Part shown: positions 12,856 through 27,289 of the stretch, one piece after another
How the letters are laid out: each line of letters begins with the position of its first letter
How positions within the stretch are numbered: the first letter of the stretch is position 1
From: Octopus vulgaris
Taxonomy: Eukaryota
Length of the DNA stretch: 64,000 bases
Direction of reading: 5' to 3'
Assembly: GCA_951406725.2 (NCBI GenBank)
Contig: OX597815.1
Location: forward strand, 137,020,001-137,084,000
Position numbers and translations under genes: made by a program
The notes under the pieces: generated by a model
What the model was told of the DNA's origin: nothing
The model's database searches: none
What the model saw: the letters and a program-made list of their open reading frames with translations, nothing else

Positions 12856-14557
12856 CAACAGATTAAAAGAAATATTGCCGCCAGAACATTGCTCTCTCAC
12901 AATGCATTTGCAATACCAGTACTACACAGTATTGGTAAGTAAATCATTGCCAATCAGTTGAGTGTTTTTTTGTCAGCCATCTACGATACATGCCTTCTTC
13001 GAAAGTTGTGCTGACCTAGATCAATGTTCTTTAACATAAAGTTAGCAGAAGTCAGCATATAGTAGCCTATTATATTCCCTTGCCCGAAGAGCACCCATAA
13101 TTTTAGCAGCACGAAGTAACTTATATCAGTGAAATAATTAAAAAATTTTTTTTTCATCTATGTTGACAATTATTTATAATTTCCAATCCGTAATATATGA
13201 TGTAATACAATTTGTTCATATAAACATATTTGGTTTTCTTGTGAAAATTATTTTACGAAATCTCAAGTTATGGGCGGCAAGTTAATGAAAAATTGCACTA
13301 TTGATGCACTTTTGTCGTGTCACAAGTCTCTTCAATTTTCAGACCGGTTATAAGGTTTAGATCTAATTCACAAAATGAGAAAACACTCTTGCCATGAAAT
13401 ATAGAATCTTTTACTGAGATTTTCCCAGGAAAACGTCAGTAATCTGTCTCCTTGTATTTTTTTGAAAACAACATTTTAATATAAGTATGTTAGTAGTTCT
13501 TAGTTTATATCGATCGTAGACAGGATAGTAAAATCATTGTAATTAAAGCGCTGAAATTAATTTTCTTACATAGACAATCACAAATTGAAATTTTATAAGT
13601 GAGTCAATTATATCCTTGCGACAATTTGTTGTGTAGATGCTGATCGGCCTATGCATGACTTGAAGAGTACTTATAGTACTTGGATAACCTATTCTCCGCG
13701 TAATTGCTCAAACCGTTAAAAATAGCAACTGTATCTCCTTCACCTTTCATCTTAACATTTCTAAAACGGAGAATACATTTGGCAACGTTGATCTTTTCGC
13801 AATTATTACCTTTAATAAAACATAGGACGCCTATATCTGGATCGCTGTTGAACACAGCAGACTTGCTTAGAACTCATCTCGATTTGATCAAAAGCAGAAA
13901 GAAACAGTAAGAAACTCAAAAGATTAAAATGGAATAGGATCACTGACTGTAACTGTATTTGAAATCAGAAACTAAGCAAGCCAAATTAGTACCACAAGGT
14001 ATTTAATAATGCGTAATCACCCAACAATTTTCAGGCGAGCAATCAAGAACAGTATAACTTTCCTTATGTCACAATGACCAGAGATTATAAATGAAAGAAT
14101 GAGAGAATTACAACGATCTACAACAGAGAAACAAGTGAAAAAAAAATGCTACGAAATCGCATATTATGTTACCGTATATTAATTCGGCTTCAAGTATTAT
14201 TATAATTTAGTATTGTCTTATGTATATATGCATTTGTTTATTAATATGTTACAGCAGGATGCAGTGAAATTCAAGAGGTAATCGGATACTAAATGAAATA
14301 GAAGTAAAATTTTAGGGCAATTATTGGTATTGCCACTTTACTCTGAGAGCGTTATTCACTGAGGTTGTCTCTGGAATGTGAAGTGTTGGAATAGGAGTGA
14401 AAACAATGTGAATGGAAAAGAGTTAAGTTTCGTGAATGAAGGGATATGAGGGGAAAATGGAACAAAAAAAAAGATAGAAAAAAAGCAAGGAAAAGAATTA
14501 CGAGTATTATTTTCCTTCATTTCCAATTTCTTCATTATATAACAGCAATCACACATA

Positions 14558-14588
<31 letters not shown>

Positions 14589-14618
14589 TAGCCAGACAGA
14601 TAGATGATAGATAGATAT

Positions 14619-14671
<53 letters not shown>

Positions 14672-14860
14672 GAGATAGATAGAGAGATAGAGAGAGAAAG
14701 ATAGGTAGATAGATAGATAGATAGATAGCTAGATAGATAGATAGATATATAGATAGATATGGTAAATGTGTATAGTAAATGTGTATGAATATATGTAAAC
14801 ACATTTACACATGAATATATATACATATATATTATATATAAGAAGCATATATTCACATAA

Positions 14861-14962
<102 letters not shown>

Positions 14963-15504
14963 GCGCAGTCGTGGTTGTGTGGTGAAATGTTTGCTTCCCA
15001 AACACATATTTCCGGCCTCAGTTCCGCTGCGTGGCAGGTGTGTTTTACTGTAGCCTGGGGACAACTAAAGCCTTGTGAGTGGATTTAGTAGACGGAAACT
15101 GAAAGACTCCTGTCCTACATATATGTATGCATGAATGTATGTATATAAATATATATATGAATGTATATATATATGCATATATGTATATGTATATATGTAA
15201 ATATATATATGTATGTAAATATAAATATATATATACATATATGTACAAATGTAAGTATGTATATGTATATATGTATATATATGTATGTTTATGTATATAT
15301 ATATATGTATGTATATATATATATGTTTATGTATTATGTATATATATATATGTGTGTATATGTGAGTATGTATATGTATATATATGTATATGTATATATA
15401 TATGTATATATATCTCTGTATATGTATGTATGTATGTATATGTATATATTTATATGTATATGTATGTATATATATCTATGTACATATATAGTATCTATAT
15501 GTAT

Positions 15505-18035
15505 TTTTTAAATTTTATTTTATCTAGTTTCAGCTCATGAGCTGTGGCTATGCTGGGGCACCGCCATTTGGTGTTGCTACATGATTTTACTTCACGAATG
15601 CTTTTTAGCAATTGCCATTTGGTGCATGAGAGAGTTCGATGCAGCTACCCTCATCTGCACCTCCTGCCGCGAAGTTGGTTCATCCGGGACACGTGACAGG
15701 AAGAGATCCAGTCCTACTTTAAAGACATCCGCATCCACCCCATGCAGGTCCCTCAGGTTCTTCGGGAGGATATTGAAGAGCTGTGGGCCTCTGAAGCCCA
15801 GGCTATCACAGTATCTTGTCCTACATCTTGATGGCAAATTTGGAGTCCTTGGCACCACGCAGTGGCGCCCAGTTCTGGTACTTGTGTAACTTTCGATGCC
15901 ACAGTTTGGGACAAGTCCTTCCAGGATCTTCCAGATGTATATTATGGCATATCCTTCTCGCCTACGCTCCAAGGAATAGAGTTTTAATCTCTTGAGTCTT
16001 TCCCAGTAGCTTATATGCTGCACAGAGGCTATCTTCTTTGTGTAGCTTCGTTGGATCGCCTCAAGTTCTGTGATCAACTTGACACTGGATGGTGACCATA
16101 GCTGAGAGCAATAGTCAAAGTGGCTTAGGAAAAGTGTCCTCCAGAGGACCATCATGGTTTCTTGTTCTCTTGTTCTAAAGGTTCTAAGAATCCATCCGGC
16201 CAGTCGTCTACATTTCATTGCCAATTTAGTAACATGTACATGAAAGCTTGCGTCATCACTCATGTAAATACCCAGATCACGCACTGATTGTGCCTCTGGG
16301 ATTGCAGTCCCTCCGATCCAGTGTATTCATTGGGTATTGCATTCAGTTTTGCATGCTGATAGCATAAAGCTTGAAACTTTTCAGCATTGAACTGCATACT
16401 ATTCTTTTCAGCCCACTTGTATATTTTGTCCAGCTCACATTGCAGGTGTTTAGTATCTTCAGGGTTCTGTATTGCCTGTGAAACTTTTGTATCATCCGTA
16501 TAACTTGTGATCACGGCTCTCTGATTGGCTGAGGGCATGTCTGAGAGGGCCATTATGAACAGTACTGGTCCCAAAACAGTGCCCTGCGGAACATCGCTCA
16601 CTATTTGCGTGTTAATGGAAGTGGCCCATTGGCTACTACCACCTGACTTCTATCCTTCAGAAAGTCATGAAGCCATTCTCCCAAATTTCCAACTATGCCA
16701 AGATCACGCAGTTTGTGATATATCATTCCATGATCGACTTTATCAAAGGCCTTTGCAAAGTCGAGATATATCACTTCCACATTTGAGTGGTTGAGCAGTC
16801 GTTTCAGCACCCAGTCATAGTGTTGTAGGAGCTGAGTTAAGCAGCTTCTTCCTGGTCGGAAACCATGTTGGGTGTCAGGCAGCAAGTCATTTTCTTCAAG
16901 GAAGGTGAATAGTTTCCTTCTGACTATTCGTTCCATGACCTTGCTGATGTATGAGGTCAGGGAGATAGGTCTGTATTTCTTGGCCTCCGCTCTGCTACCT
17001 TCTTTATGAATAGGGCATATTTTACCTTCCTTCAGTTTTCTTGGAAGTTTGCCAGTTGCAAGGAAGCTCTGAAAGAGGAACTGCAGTGGTCTTGCTAGGA
17101 CTCTCTTACATACTTTTAGAAGGATTGCCGGGAATCCATCGGGGTCAGTAGTTGAGTTTGTTTTCATTTCATCTATAGCCTTTATTACATCGTCTTCCTT
17201 TATATTGATATAATCAATCATCGCTGCCTCTGATTTTATATCTGCAGTGGTAAAGAAGTCAGTTGGATTGCTGATTTGGAAATGCCCAAGGGGTGGAGTG
17301 AAAACATTCTTGAATTGCTCATTTAGTATTTCACTTACCCTCATTGGATTTCCTGTGAGTGTGCCATCCTTTTCAAGGAGTGGCCCTATCCTACAGTGCA
17401 CCGTAGCTGTTTCTTTGGCATACCTGTAGAAAGCTCTAGGGTTAGATTTTATGTTGTCTATAGCCCAGGCTTCTTTGTCTGCTCTTTCCTTTTCATGGGA
17501 GAGTTGCAGGCATTTTTCAATTTCCAACAGTTTTGTGGCGGTTTGTGGCACGCACCACATCTGCGTACCTCCGTTTTGGGGCAGGTGGTGCGTGGTCCAT
17601 TCCTTTTCCTTTTGGTAGTTGGTTTCTGACCTGTTTCGTGTTTATGTGGCAGGGTCTTTGATGTGCAAAGCGGGAGTCTGCACCTTCCTCTCCATGCCAG
17701 CAGACACCTTTCATGTAGAATTTACATATTCGTGTGTGCTGTCTCTTTCTATCCTTTTTGGTACATGGATAGTCAGGTTTGCTTCTATCCTTGGCTGTTT
17801 CATCTTTTGGTTTTGTTTGAGTTTTAGTTTTTCCTTGTCTGGCTGTTTCCTCTTTTGTTCTACTTTTAGCTTTTCCTCCTTTTATTTCTTTTTTGGCTCT
17901 TTCATCTCCATGGCTTTTGGTGCTGGTAGGAGCACTTGCATTTGGGTTTACTTCCCGGGCAGATTTCTCACTTGAATCTTCTTCCTGGGTATCTACCAAG
18001 CGGGGTTGACATCTTTCATCAGCACCGCGCCTGAT
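15505..18035 (-). mobile_element. CR1/L2-group LINE, internally deleted and frameshifted
   Basis: RT motifs occur over three frames: YRPISLTS, QHGFRPGRSC, YLDFAKAFDKVDH, VPQGTVLGP, SYTDDTK, RDLGI, YWERLKRLKLYSLERRR. An ORF1 remnant at 17540-18035 is joined directly to the ORF2 linker, and no APE domain is present. Confidence 0.9.
15592..17560 (-). pseudogene. Reverse transcriptase ORF2 of the CR1/L2-group LINE (pieces 16601-17560, 16260-16601, 15592-16284)
   Basis: Consecutive RT subdomains are split by two frameshifts, and the catalytic YADD reads YTDD. Confidence 0.88.
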
Positions 18036-18794
18036 AAAAATGTCTGATAAATATTTTCTGATGAAAATGTCTGATGAAAATGTTTGAGAAATAACAGAAA
18101 TACACACACAAATATTACATTCCAAAGAATCCATTACAAATCAGGCCCAATCACAGCTATAATCCATAACGTGCCAACTTCAAGTCATACAACACCTCAC
18201 TACTTTCACTCATTCATATTCTCCCTTCTCTTTTTTCTTCTTCTTCCTCTTCTTCTTCATCATCATCATTATCATCATCATCGTCGTCATCATCATCACC
18301 ATCATCATCATCTTCTTCTTCTCCTTCTCCTTCTTCTTCTTCTTCATCATCATCATCAACATCGTCATCTTCTTCTTCTTCTTCTGCTCCACCTTCTACC
18401 TCTTAACTTTATCACTAATGCTTTTTAGTATAACACCTACGCAAATTCCATAAACAAACCTTTCAATAGAAATATTCTCCCGAATTGAACTGCAACTGCT
18501 AGCCGTCACTGACCATTCAAAATACGACCATCAAGGCACTCCCAAATTTTTCCACCCCCTCTCCTCATCAACCTTCTTCTTCTTCTATCCTACCAAGAAT
18601 TCACAACGGCCTAGAACACACAAGTGCAAACAAGGGAGACAGAGAAAGGCAGAATGCCACTTATATTTGAACATTATACAAATATTGCTTTAAAAAAAAC
18701 CGGTACTGAAATGTTCTTTATAAAATTATTTTAGCATTTTCTATTTTGACTTGTTTTTTCATATATATCAACTCGTGTGTTCCTTTTCACCCTT

Positions 18795-18838
<44 letters not shown>

Positions 18839-18925
18839 GGAAGTAAATAGACACCTATTTACTCGTTAAGATTAGTTTAAATCTGAAATTATACAATGAT
18901 TAATACTCAAACATTTCCTCACACC

Positions 18926-18973
18926 GTCTCTGATGAAGGGATACATAAAATATCCCGGGAACAGCTGTAAGAC
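18926..18973 (+). ncRNA. Minimal hammerhead-ribozyme-like motif, one core mutation
   Basis: Reads GTCT CTGATGA A GGGATA-CATAAAA-TATCCC G GGAA CAGCTG TA AGAC. Stem I is GTCT/AGAC, stem II is 6 bp, stem III is palindromic (ACAGCTGT), and GAAA reads GGAA. It lies in a roughly 200-bp island between (TA)n runs. Confidence 0.65.
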
Positions 18974-19328
18974 CTTTTCTTGATAAATGCCATGAAATCT
19001 ATTTACTGTCTTGGTTGTTTTTTTTATCTCATTCTGTCACTTTATATATATGCATGATAATAAATGACCCATGTTGGATGCCTCACCCGTATCATTATCG
19101 AGCCTAGAGCTTAACTATGGTCTATCCATAGCATTTACCCGATACCTTTTGGGTCTTCCTGACACCAGTACCTTTCATACCCTATATATATATATATTAA
19201 ATATGTTTAAAACCATGATACCATGATTTTTTCATGCTGTAATCTTTTGTAAGCGAAATGTTCATCAATAAAAAAAAATCTGCTGAAATAGCTGTTGTCA
19301 ATTCCACTTGTCTTTTATTATATATACA

Positions 19329-19363
<35 letters not shown>

Positions 19364-19639
19364 GCCTACGCTGGTGTGTATACAATACCGGTTGTCGGAC
19401 GGTGGTAGGGGATGAACATAGACACACACAAATTGATATAAGATGTATACGACGGGATTCTTTCAGTTTCTCTCTACCAAACCCACTCACAAGGCTTTGG
19501 TCTGCACAAGGCACCACGTGGTGGGACTGAATCCAGAACCATGTTTTTGGGATCGAAGCTTCTTACTACGCAGCCACGCCTTCGCCTATAAATACAAATA
19601 TATGGCATACACACTTACACACACACACACAAACACACA

Positions 19640-19680
<41 letters not shown>

Positions 19681-22600
19681 TTTTATATACGCATATTTGT
19701 ACTTGAATTAAAGTATCAATTAATCAATGCTGTCTAGGGTATCGACTATTCTGATTCCCTCAAAATTTCTGGTCTTCTGGTATTATTGTAAGTAATAATA
19801 ACCCATTTTATTATATACACAAGGACTGAAATTTTAGATGTGAAGTTTAGTCGATTACATCGATCCCAGTGTTCAACTGGTACTTATTTTATCGAACTCG
19901 GGAGGATGAATGACAAAGTCGACCTCAGAGGAATTTGAACCTAGAACATAAAGGTGAATGAAATGCCGCTAAGCCTTTTGGCTAGCGCGCCAACGGCTCT
20001 CTCCGTTTGCCGTGTTGGAAGCAAAAGTATGCTAATTAAAATTTTCATCATATGTTAATGTAAAGTCTACGATTGTTCATCGTTGCTTTATATATTTTTA
20101 TTTCTTTTCACTTGTAACTTCGTCGTTCCTAGACTTCTTACTTCAATAACATGCTCAGTCTTGTGTAGAAGTTCGAAATAATCCTGTAATTAGTAATAAT
20201 AATCATTATAGTAATCATCATCGTTAAATTTTTCTGCTCATCATACGAAAAGATTCATGTCTTGTGTTTTAATGTCTCGATGTTTCTTCAAATCTCAAAG
20301 ATTTTGATGGATTTATATAGAATACAGAAATAATTGTTTTGTTGTGTTTTATTTTCTGCAGTTCTGCAATCTGAAACTCTCTGTCCTTTGAAGACATATT
20401 CTGCTATTATTCAGTATTTCCACGGCTATAATGACTATTTCTTACACATGATTTTCAAGTTATGTCAGTTCTAGATCAAGATTCTTATGTTTCTATTGCC
20501 TTGAATCGTCTGTATAACGTATGGAAAAGCAATATCTATATTTCTAAGATCTTACACAAGATTACTTTTGGTTTCTTCATTATTTTTGTGTCTCAGCTAT
20601 ATGTCTGTATTACGCGGAAACTTTGCAGTAAGAAGTATAAAGCTGCGACTGTCATTGTTTATAACAGCAAGTGGTTGATATTGGTTCCACTTGTAATCGC
20701 TGTTTAATTCAAATCTCCAACTTATCAAACAATGTAATATTTAACCCATTCTATCCTTTGTGTGGCACCTTTCTTCATTTACCTCACAGTATGGTTGAAG
20801 GTTTTGTAGAACTCATTCGCCACTTACGACTCAAAACACCTGTTACCCGTATGAAAGACACTAGTGAGTCACTTGAATGAGATTTGGTTGCTATACCCTA
20901 GTCTCCTTGAATCTCTCTGAATTTCTTCTATTTTGTTAAATAATATTTGTCTATTCGCTTCTTCTGGAGAATCATCTATGATAAGGAAAGTACCCACTTT
21001 AGACTCAAAGCTATTCTCCAGCAATGTTTTCTGTTCACCTGACAAATTGTAACATTTGTCTCATTTTCAGATGTCTATCTTCTGGGTTTTTTTCACTTGT
21101 TTCTAATTCTTTCTTGTTTTTATATATCCTCGATTGAATATAATTTATTTATATAATATATTTATTTTTCAACTTTTAGACAGCATGATGGCTACCAAAT
21201 ATTTTTCAGCCACCAAGCAACTTATGAAGATCGGCCACATATCATATTGTTTCCGGTAGCTGCTTTTATAAACAAACGATGAAGGTTCAACGAAGGTGAT
21301 CGAGAAATCAAAAGAGAGATATAAAATAAAATAAATAATATAAAGCAGAATTTTGTTATTATTTTCAGGCCTGGAAAAAGTAAAATGTTAAATAGAATAG
21401 ATTGGATATACAACAAATATTCATAAAAGAAAGGCATAAATAGCAAGCAGTTAATATTTAGTCTATATAGTTATTATTAAATAAAATTTACTAAGTGACC
21501 TTCTGATCAATATTCAAAATAGGTTACAACCTAAGACAAAGGCATATTCAATAATGTTAATCGAATCATAAATAACTCTCACCCCTTAACAGACAACGGG
21601 TTGTGGCACATATTTCATTTGTTCGTCATTTATTCATACGACGTCTGGTTGCTGAAATGCAATATACTGCTGTTCAATACTTGTTGAAAGTAAATATCGT
21701 GACCATATTCAGAAAATAGCTTCTATGACAAACAGGATACGAAGTAAGGATTCCATATATTTTCTCTGCCACAGCGCTTCTTTGTAAAAAGAAAAGTCTA
21801 AGAACATTTCTCAATAGGCTACTGCTTTTAAAGGCTCAAGATTTAGCAGCTCAGCAGATCCGCTAGTGTTTTTCGTAAAAGGAACAGACATTTTAATTAG
21901 ATCTTAAGTATTAAAACATTTGAGTTGACTGCAATTAAAATTATATCATAGTAGAGGTGATTATAAATATTTTCCCAATTACTACTTCTGTCATTGCTAT
22001 GTTTATTATTATGACTACAGCTAAGACGGCGAACTGGCAGAATCATTAGCATGCTTAGCGGTATTTCGCCCGTCGTTACTTTCTGAGTTCAAATTCCGCC
22101 GAGTTGAACACTGGGGTCGATGTAATCGACTCATCCCCACTTTTCCCAAGCTGCCCTTGTGGCAAAAATTTGAAATCATTATTATGACTACAGCTAAAAG
22201 AACAACATTATTTGCAGTAATTCAGCTTATATACACTGAATATGGCAGTAAAACTGATCTCGAAAAACTACCTTAAAAATGAGATCATCTATTTCTATTC
22301 AATTCTAAGAGTAGAACACAATGTAACGAAACAGAATTAGCCGATAGCCTTGCCAACTGCACCGGGAATTGAAATCGGAAGCTTATTTGCTACGCTATGC
22401 TGGCCATGCTAAGGAAAAGAAGCGAATATATTAGCAAAGAAATGACACGAAAAGAAACACCTCCACATTGCTGCTTTGTTGGGCGACCATATTAGATTGC
22501 AGTCCAACAATCTAAAGTGACAGATGGAATAAACTTGATGAAATTACTATTAACGATAAATGACGTTGTGAAAGTGATTAACAGTAAACAGGGTGTGCAA

Positions 22601-23829
22601 TGATAACCATTTGCAATTTGATAATGTATGGTGGGATAAGATAAAATAACAAAAACAAAAATTGTGATAGTAAATCGAAATAGAAAGAAAGCATTTCATT
22701 GTAGAAGGCAAAATAAATAAATAAGTAAATAAAATAGAATTTGATAGGCAAATTAGCTGAGAACAGAAATTGTGCAATAGACTCGTATTGTGTGAAAAGG
22801 ACAAGCAGAATGATTAGCAATATCGATTTCTTAATTAAAACAAAAGGCCTCATGGTCATAAGAGTAGAGAAAGAGATTGTTGGACTTCTTTTCTGCTTTA
22901 CTTCGGGGAATTTGATGGCGTAAAGGAAGATAGAAAGTAAATTAAAGTCACAAGTAAATCAAGAAAATAATACTACCATACAGCGCTGTAAAAGATTGAA
23001 TGCTTTTTGTCGTTTCTTTTGTTTTCCTTTTTCGGTGGCTATTTTGAGCAATCCGAAAGCGAAGTTTTGTGGGACAGGCGTAACAGGGAACTGATTTGAT
23101 ACTAACATACTAACCTCTAATTTTTTTTATTGAACTTCGGGGTATGAAAGGCAGACTCAAGGCATCTGGCATTGGAACTCAGATAGTGTAAATAAAATCA
23201 ATAAAACATATAATCAAGTTACTCTACTGTGTCTACCAACTCACGACAATTCTTCTAGTAAATAATAATCCTTTCTACTAAAGGTATAAGGTTCGCTGCC
23301 TTCTTTCAGTAAATAATAATATTCGAATTTTATATTTGCGTAACATTTGTAAATTGTAATTAGTCAATTAAATCATTTCTAATATGAAACTGGTAATCAT
23401 TTTACCGATCCCGAAAGACGAAACAAGCGTTAAACTCAGTAATATTTTTAAAAGACAGCAAAATCATAGTCTTATTTCTTTATTGCCAACAAGGGGCTAC
23501 ACACAGAGGAGACAAACAAGAACAGACAAACGGATTAAGTCGATTATATCGACCTCAGTGCATAAGTGATACTTAATTCATCTACCACGAAAGGATGAAA
23601 GGCAAAGTGGACCTCGGGGGAATTTGACCTCAGAACGTAACGGCAGACGAAATACCGCTAAGCATTTCGCCCGGTGTGCTAACATTTCTGCCAGCTCGCT
23701 GCAAAATCGTAGTCTTGAATTGTTTTTCTGACTTATTTGCCAGCGTAACATGGAGTATTGAGTAAAGTGTATTAATTTGCTATACCACATATTTAAAACA
23801 TTAAGCCAATTCAAGAACCTCCATTGCGA

Positions 23830-24790
23830 CAGAAAATAATAGTAATCCTTTCAAATGTAGAAACAAGACAAGAGAATTTGAAGGAACGGAACCAGTCGAC
23901 ATCATCGACTGAAACTTCATTTTATCAACTCTTGGTGGATAAAATGCAAAGCTGGAAAAGACTGGAACAAATACTACAAGACGTTTTTCTGAAACTCTAA
24001 TGATTTCTACTAATCTAGCATATTATAATTTCAAATATAGGCCAGAATTTAGTAGGAGGGATATAGGAGGGATTCTTAAATGATTATTTTAGCCTGAAAC
24101 GTCGGTTTTCAATTAAAAAATAAGGGCCCATGACAAATTATGCAATGCGTTTACTTAGGCGCTCTCGGCCTCGAAAAAATGAATAACAAAGATAGTCTCG
24201 ACAGAATTTGAACTCAGAACATAAAGAGCTGATAAACAGACCGCAACACATTTTCCGATACTCGATCGAGTCTGTTGGCTCACCACTTTCAATGATTTCT
24301 AATTTAGCAATAAGCCAGTGGTTCCGAGGGGAGGAAACAAGTTGATATCATCGACACAAGTTCTTCACTGGTATTTTATTCTATTGGTCCCGAAAGTATG
24401 AATGGCAAAGTTTTTCAAACTGTAAAAGACCTGGAATACTTACTGCATAGCATTTTTCCGACACTCAAACGATTCGACCAGTTAACAGTCTTTATAATTG
24501 GTTCTGATTGAGGAACATGGTCAGTAATTTTTGACAGGCGCGCTTAGTCGACTACATGAAACTCAGTTTCTGTACGTGACCGTTACATTTTCTCACAGAT
24601 CAATACATGATAAAGGATAAAAGTGAAATTAGAATGTAGAAACAGGGGCAAATACAAGAACGGGAATCAGTTTTCCCGATACTACAACGATTCGGCGAAC
24701 ACAATCTCTTAAAATAATATTTTGTAGCATTGCCATAAGACCTGACAGTCGGAGCCGGACTAGTCGATTTTTTCAACACTCTAATAATAA
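23830..24790 (-). repeat. Old, diverged cluster of family C SINE units
   Basis: Recurring degenerate motifs (AGTCGAC/AGTCGAT, GAATTTGAACTCAGAAC, CATTTTCCGA..CT..AACGATTC) spaced about 170-240 bp apart. Confidence 0.5.
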
Positions 24791-25587
24791 AAGTATTCTA
24801 TTATAAACTTTATCGTAAGTTGATGTATATGAGTATATGCATATATACACACATATATCTAATTTTCTGTATATGAAGTGAACAAATATTGAATAAAATT
24901 TGTATATTGTGAGGTATGTCTCTTTCTCTGTAACAGCATTGTAAATGGGAAATGATGTTTATGTTTATGCTGGAATGCATATAACATTGACTACTGACAA
25001 AAGATACTACTTTTGGTAAATGAACCTATCCTTGCAATATAAGATGTGCTGTAACAAGTCGATATCAAATATATGGAATACGTGTCATTTTCATATATTC
25101 ATTAAGCACCCGATTCAGCTAATTTCTTTCATAACACCGTCATTTTTACATCACGAGTGTACTAGTAAGAATAATGTTGGCATCTGACTTAGTCTAAATA
25201 AGAGCAATTTTGAGTGGAGTGGGGCTTAGTCGATACCATCTGCTCCAGTAAGTAGGGGTACTTTATTTTACCGAAATAATGGGTGAAATCCACGCTAAAA
25301 AGCTATTTTGTTTCTTTTTCCTATTTCTAGTATTGCGGTAATGACCATTCCACAACCACCACGAAGGAGAATGGAGAAATGATGGTCCCCATCACGCGAC
25401 CTATTTCCAGTGTCTGTTAATTTATCATAAAATACTTGGTGGAAAATCACGTTCCTATTGATTTACAATATCACATTATAATGACTCACATAGCTAGAAA
25501 GCAGGAATATTCTAAAGGTGTGTGGTTCAATGCATGGGGAATTGATCACTATTGTCAAACCATACAACAAGACGATCTCATTCCTTT

Positions 25588-26160
25588 TCTTATTTCTTTA
25601 TTGCCCACAAGGAGCTAAATATAAAGGGGACAAACAAGGACAGACAAAGGGACTAAGTCGATTACATCGACTCCAGTACGTAACTGGTACTTAATTTATC
25701 GACCCCGAAATCATAAAAGGCAAAGTCGACCTCGGCGGAATTTGAACTCAGAACGTAACGGCAGAGGAAATACCTATTTCTATTTCTTTACTACCTACAA
25801 GCGGCTAAACACAGAGGGGACAAACAAGGACCGACAAACAGATTAAGTCGATTACATCGACCCCAGTACGTAACTGGTACTTATTTAAGCGACCCAGGAA
25901 GGATAAAAGTCATAGTCGATCTCGGTGGAATTTGAACTCAGAACGTAACGGCAGATGAAATACCTATTTCTTTACTACCCACAAGGGGCTAAACACAGAG
26001 AGGACAAACAAGGACAGACAAACAGATTAAGTCGATTATATCGACACCAGTGCGTAACTGGTACTTAATTTATCGACCCCGAAAGGATGAAAGGCAAAGC
26101 TGACCTCGGTGGAATTTGAACTCAGAACGTAACGGCAGACGAAATACGGTTAAGCATTTT
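25588..26160 (-). mobile_element. Family C SINE tandem trimer (units of about 185-190 bp)
   Basis: Three highly similar units begin ATTTCTTTA.T.CC.ACAAG at about 25592, 25782 and 25966. Confidence 0.85.
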
Positions 26161-27249
26161 ATGTACTGATGTGCTGGAAACATTTAAAGTCAGTGCCACG
26201 AACATTGATATCATTCTTGCTTAGCGAATCGATCAATGAAGCCCTCGCGTATTTAGGCAACCGCGGGCTCTTTGCCTTATGTCATGGTTCCGTCGGACCA
26301 CGCTTGAAATTGTTTAATTATAACAATTTCATGTCTTCCTGTTGAATTTCATTCTTTCTATCATTGTTTTCGCATTCAAATTTCATTCTTTATATAGAAT
26401 ATTTGCTTTGTTATTGTTGGTTCTTTCTTTGTTTCTTCTTCATCTCTTTCATCTATGTTTTTGTCCACTTTTCTTTTATATTGAATATTGAATTAGTTAT
26501 CTTTTAATAAAGTCATTTTTACTAGTATTTTTTCATCTAATTCACAAAATTATTAAATGTCTTGCATTCTTTCCAAAACTGCTATTTCTATTTGCTAATA
26601 AAGCGTTTTTGATGACAGAATTTACCATTGCTTTCTGCATTTATCAAATTTGAGCTTTCTGTTCACACTATTTTCGCTTCGGGTCATTATTGTTATATCT
26701 TCTTTCTATTCATTGTATTCTTCTTCTTCTTCTTCTTCTTCTTACCATTATTAATATTCAAGAAATAACAAAGATAAAGAAATCATTGTTATAAATAGTG
26801 CTGGTACTATTTATATATTGATTCCTACGCATATTTTTCTCCTAAATTTATCATTATTTTTGTTGTTTTTATTTGCATTAATGTTATTACTATTCTTAAC
26901 ACTTCCTCTTTTCCTGCATTTTCTAATTTCTGTTTTTTGTGAGAATTTTCTTTCGTTCATACTTTGACCTGCTAAATATCTTAATTCGTTACCATTTGGT
27001 ATTCATGCTCTCGAAGTGATATGTAGGCACCTTTAAGATTTATTCTATTTTGTTGTTTCATTTATTTATTTTTTTATTTCTATTTTATTTTATTTTATTT
27101 ATTTATTTATTTATTTTTTTTTTTTTGCAAAACCATTAAACTAGTAAAACAACAAAATGACAAAAACACAGTCATCTATCAATGAATAACCCTTGTATAT
27201 TGTAGTTTTCACCGCTGCAACAAACTACTAATAAAATGTTATGGACGGA

Positions 27250-27289
<40 letters not shown>

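Noticed and set aside
13649-13910. Two short overlapping non-repetitive ORFs as possible host exons
   Set aside because: No recognisable domain, and no convincing splice context that I could establish.
25588-26160. Regularly spaced repeats resembling a CRISPR array
   Set aside because: The whole unit repeats, there are no unique spacers or cas genes, and the context is eukaryotic.
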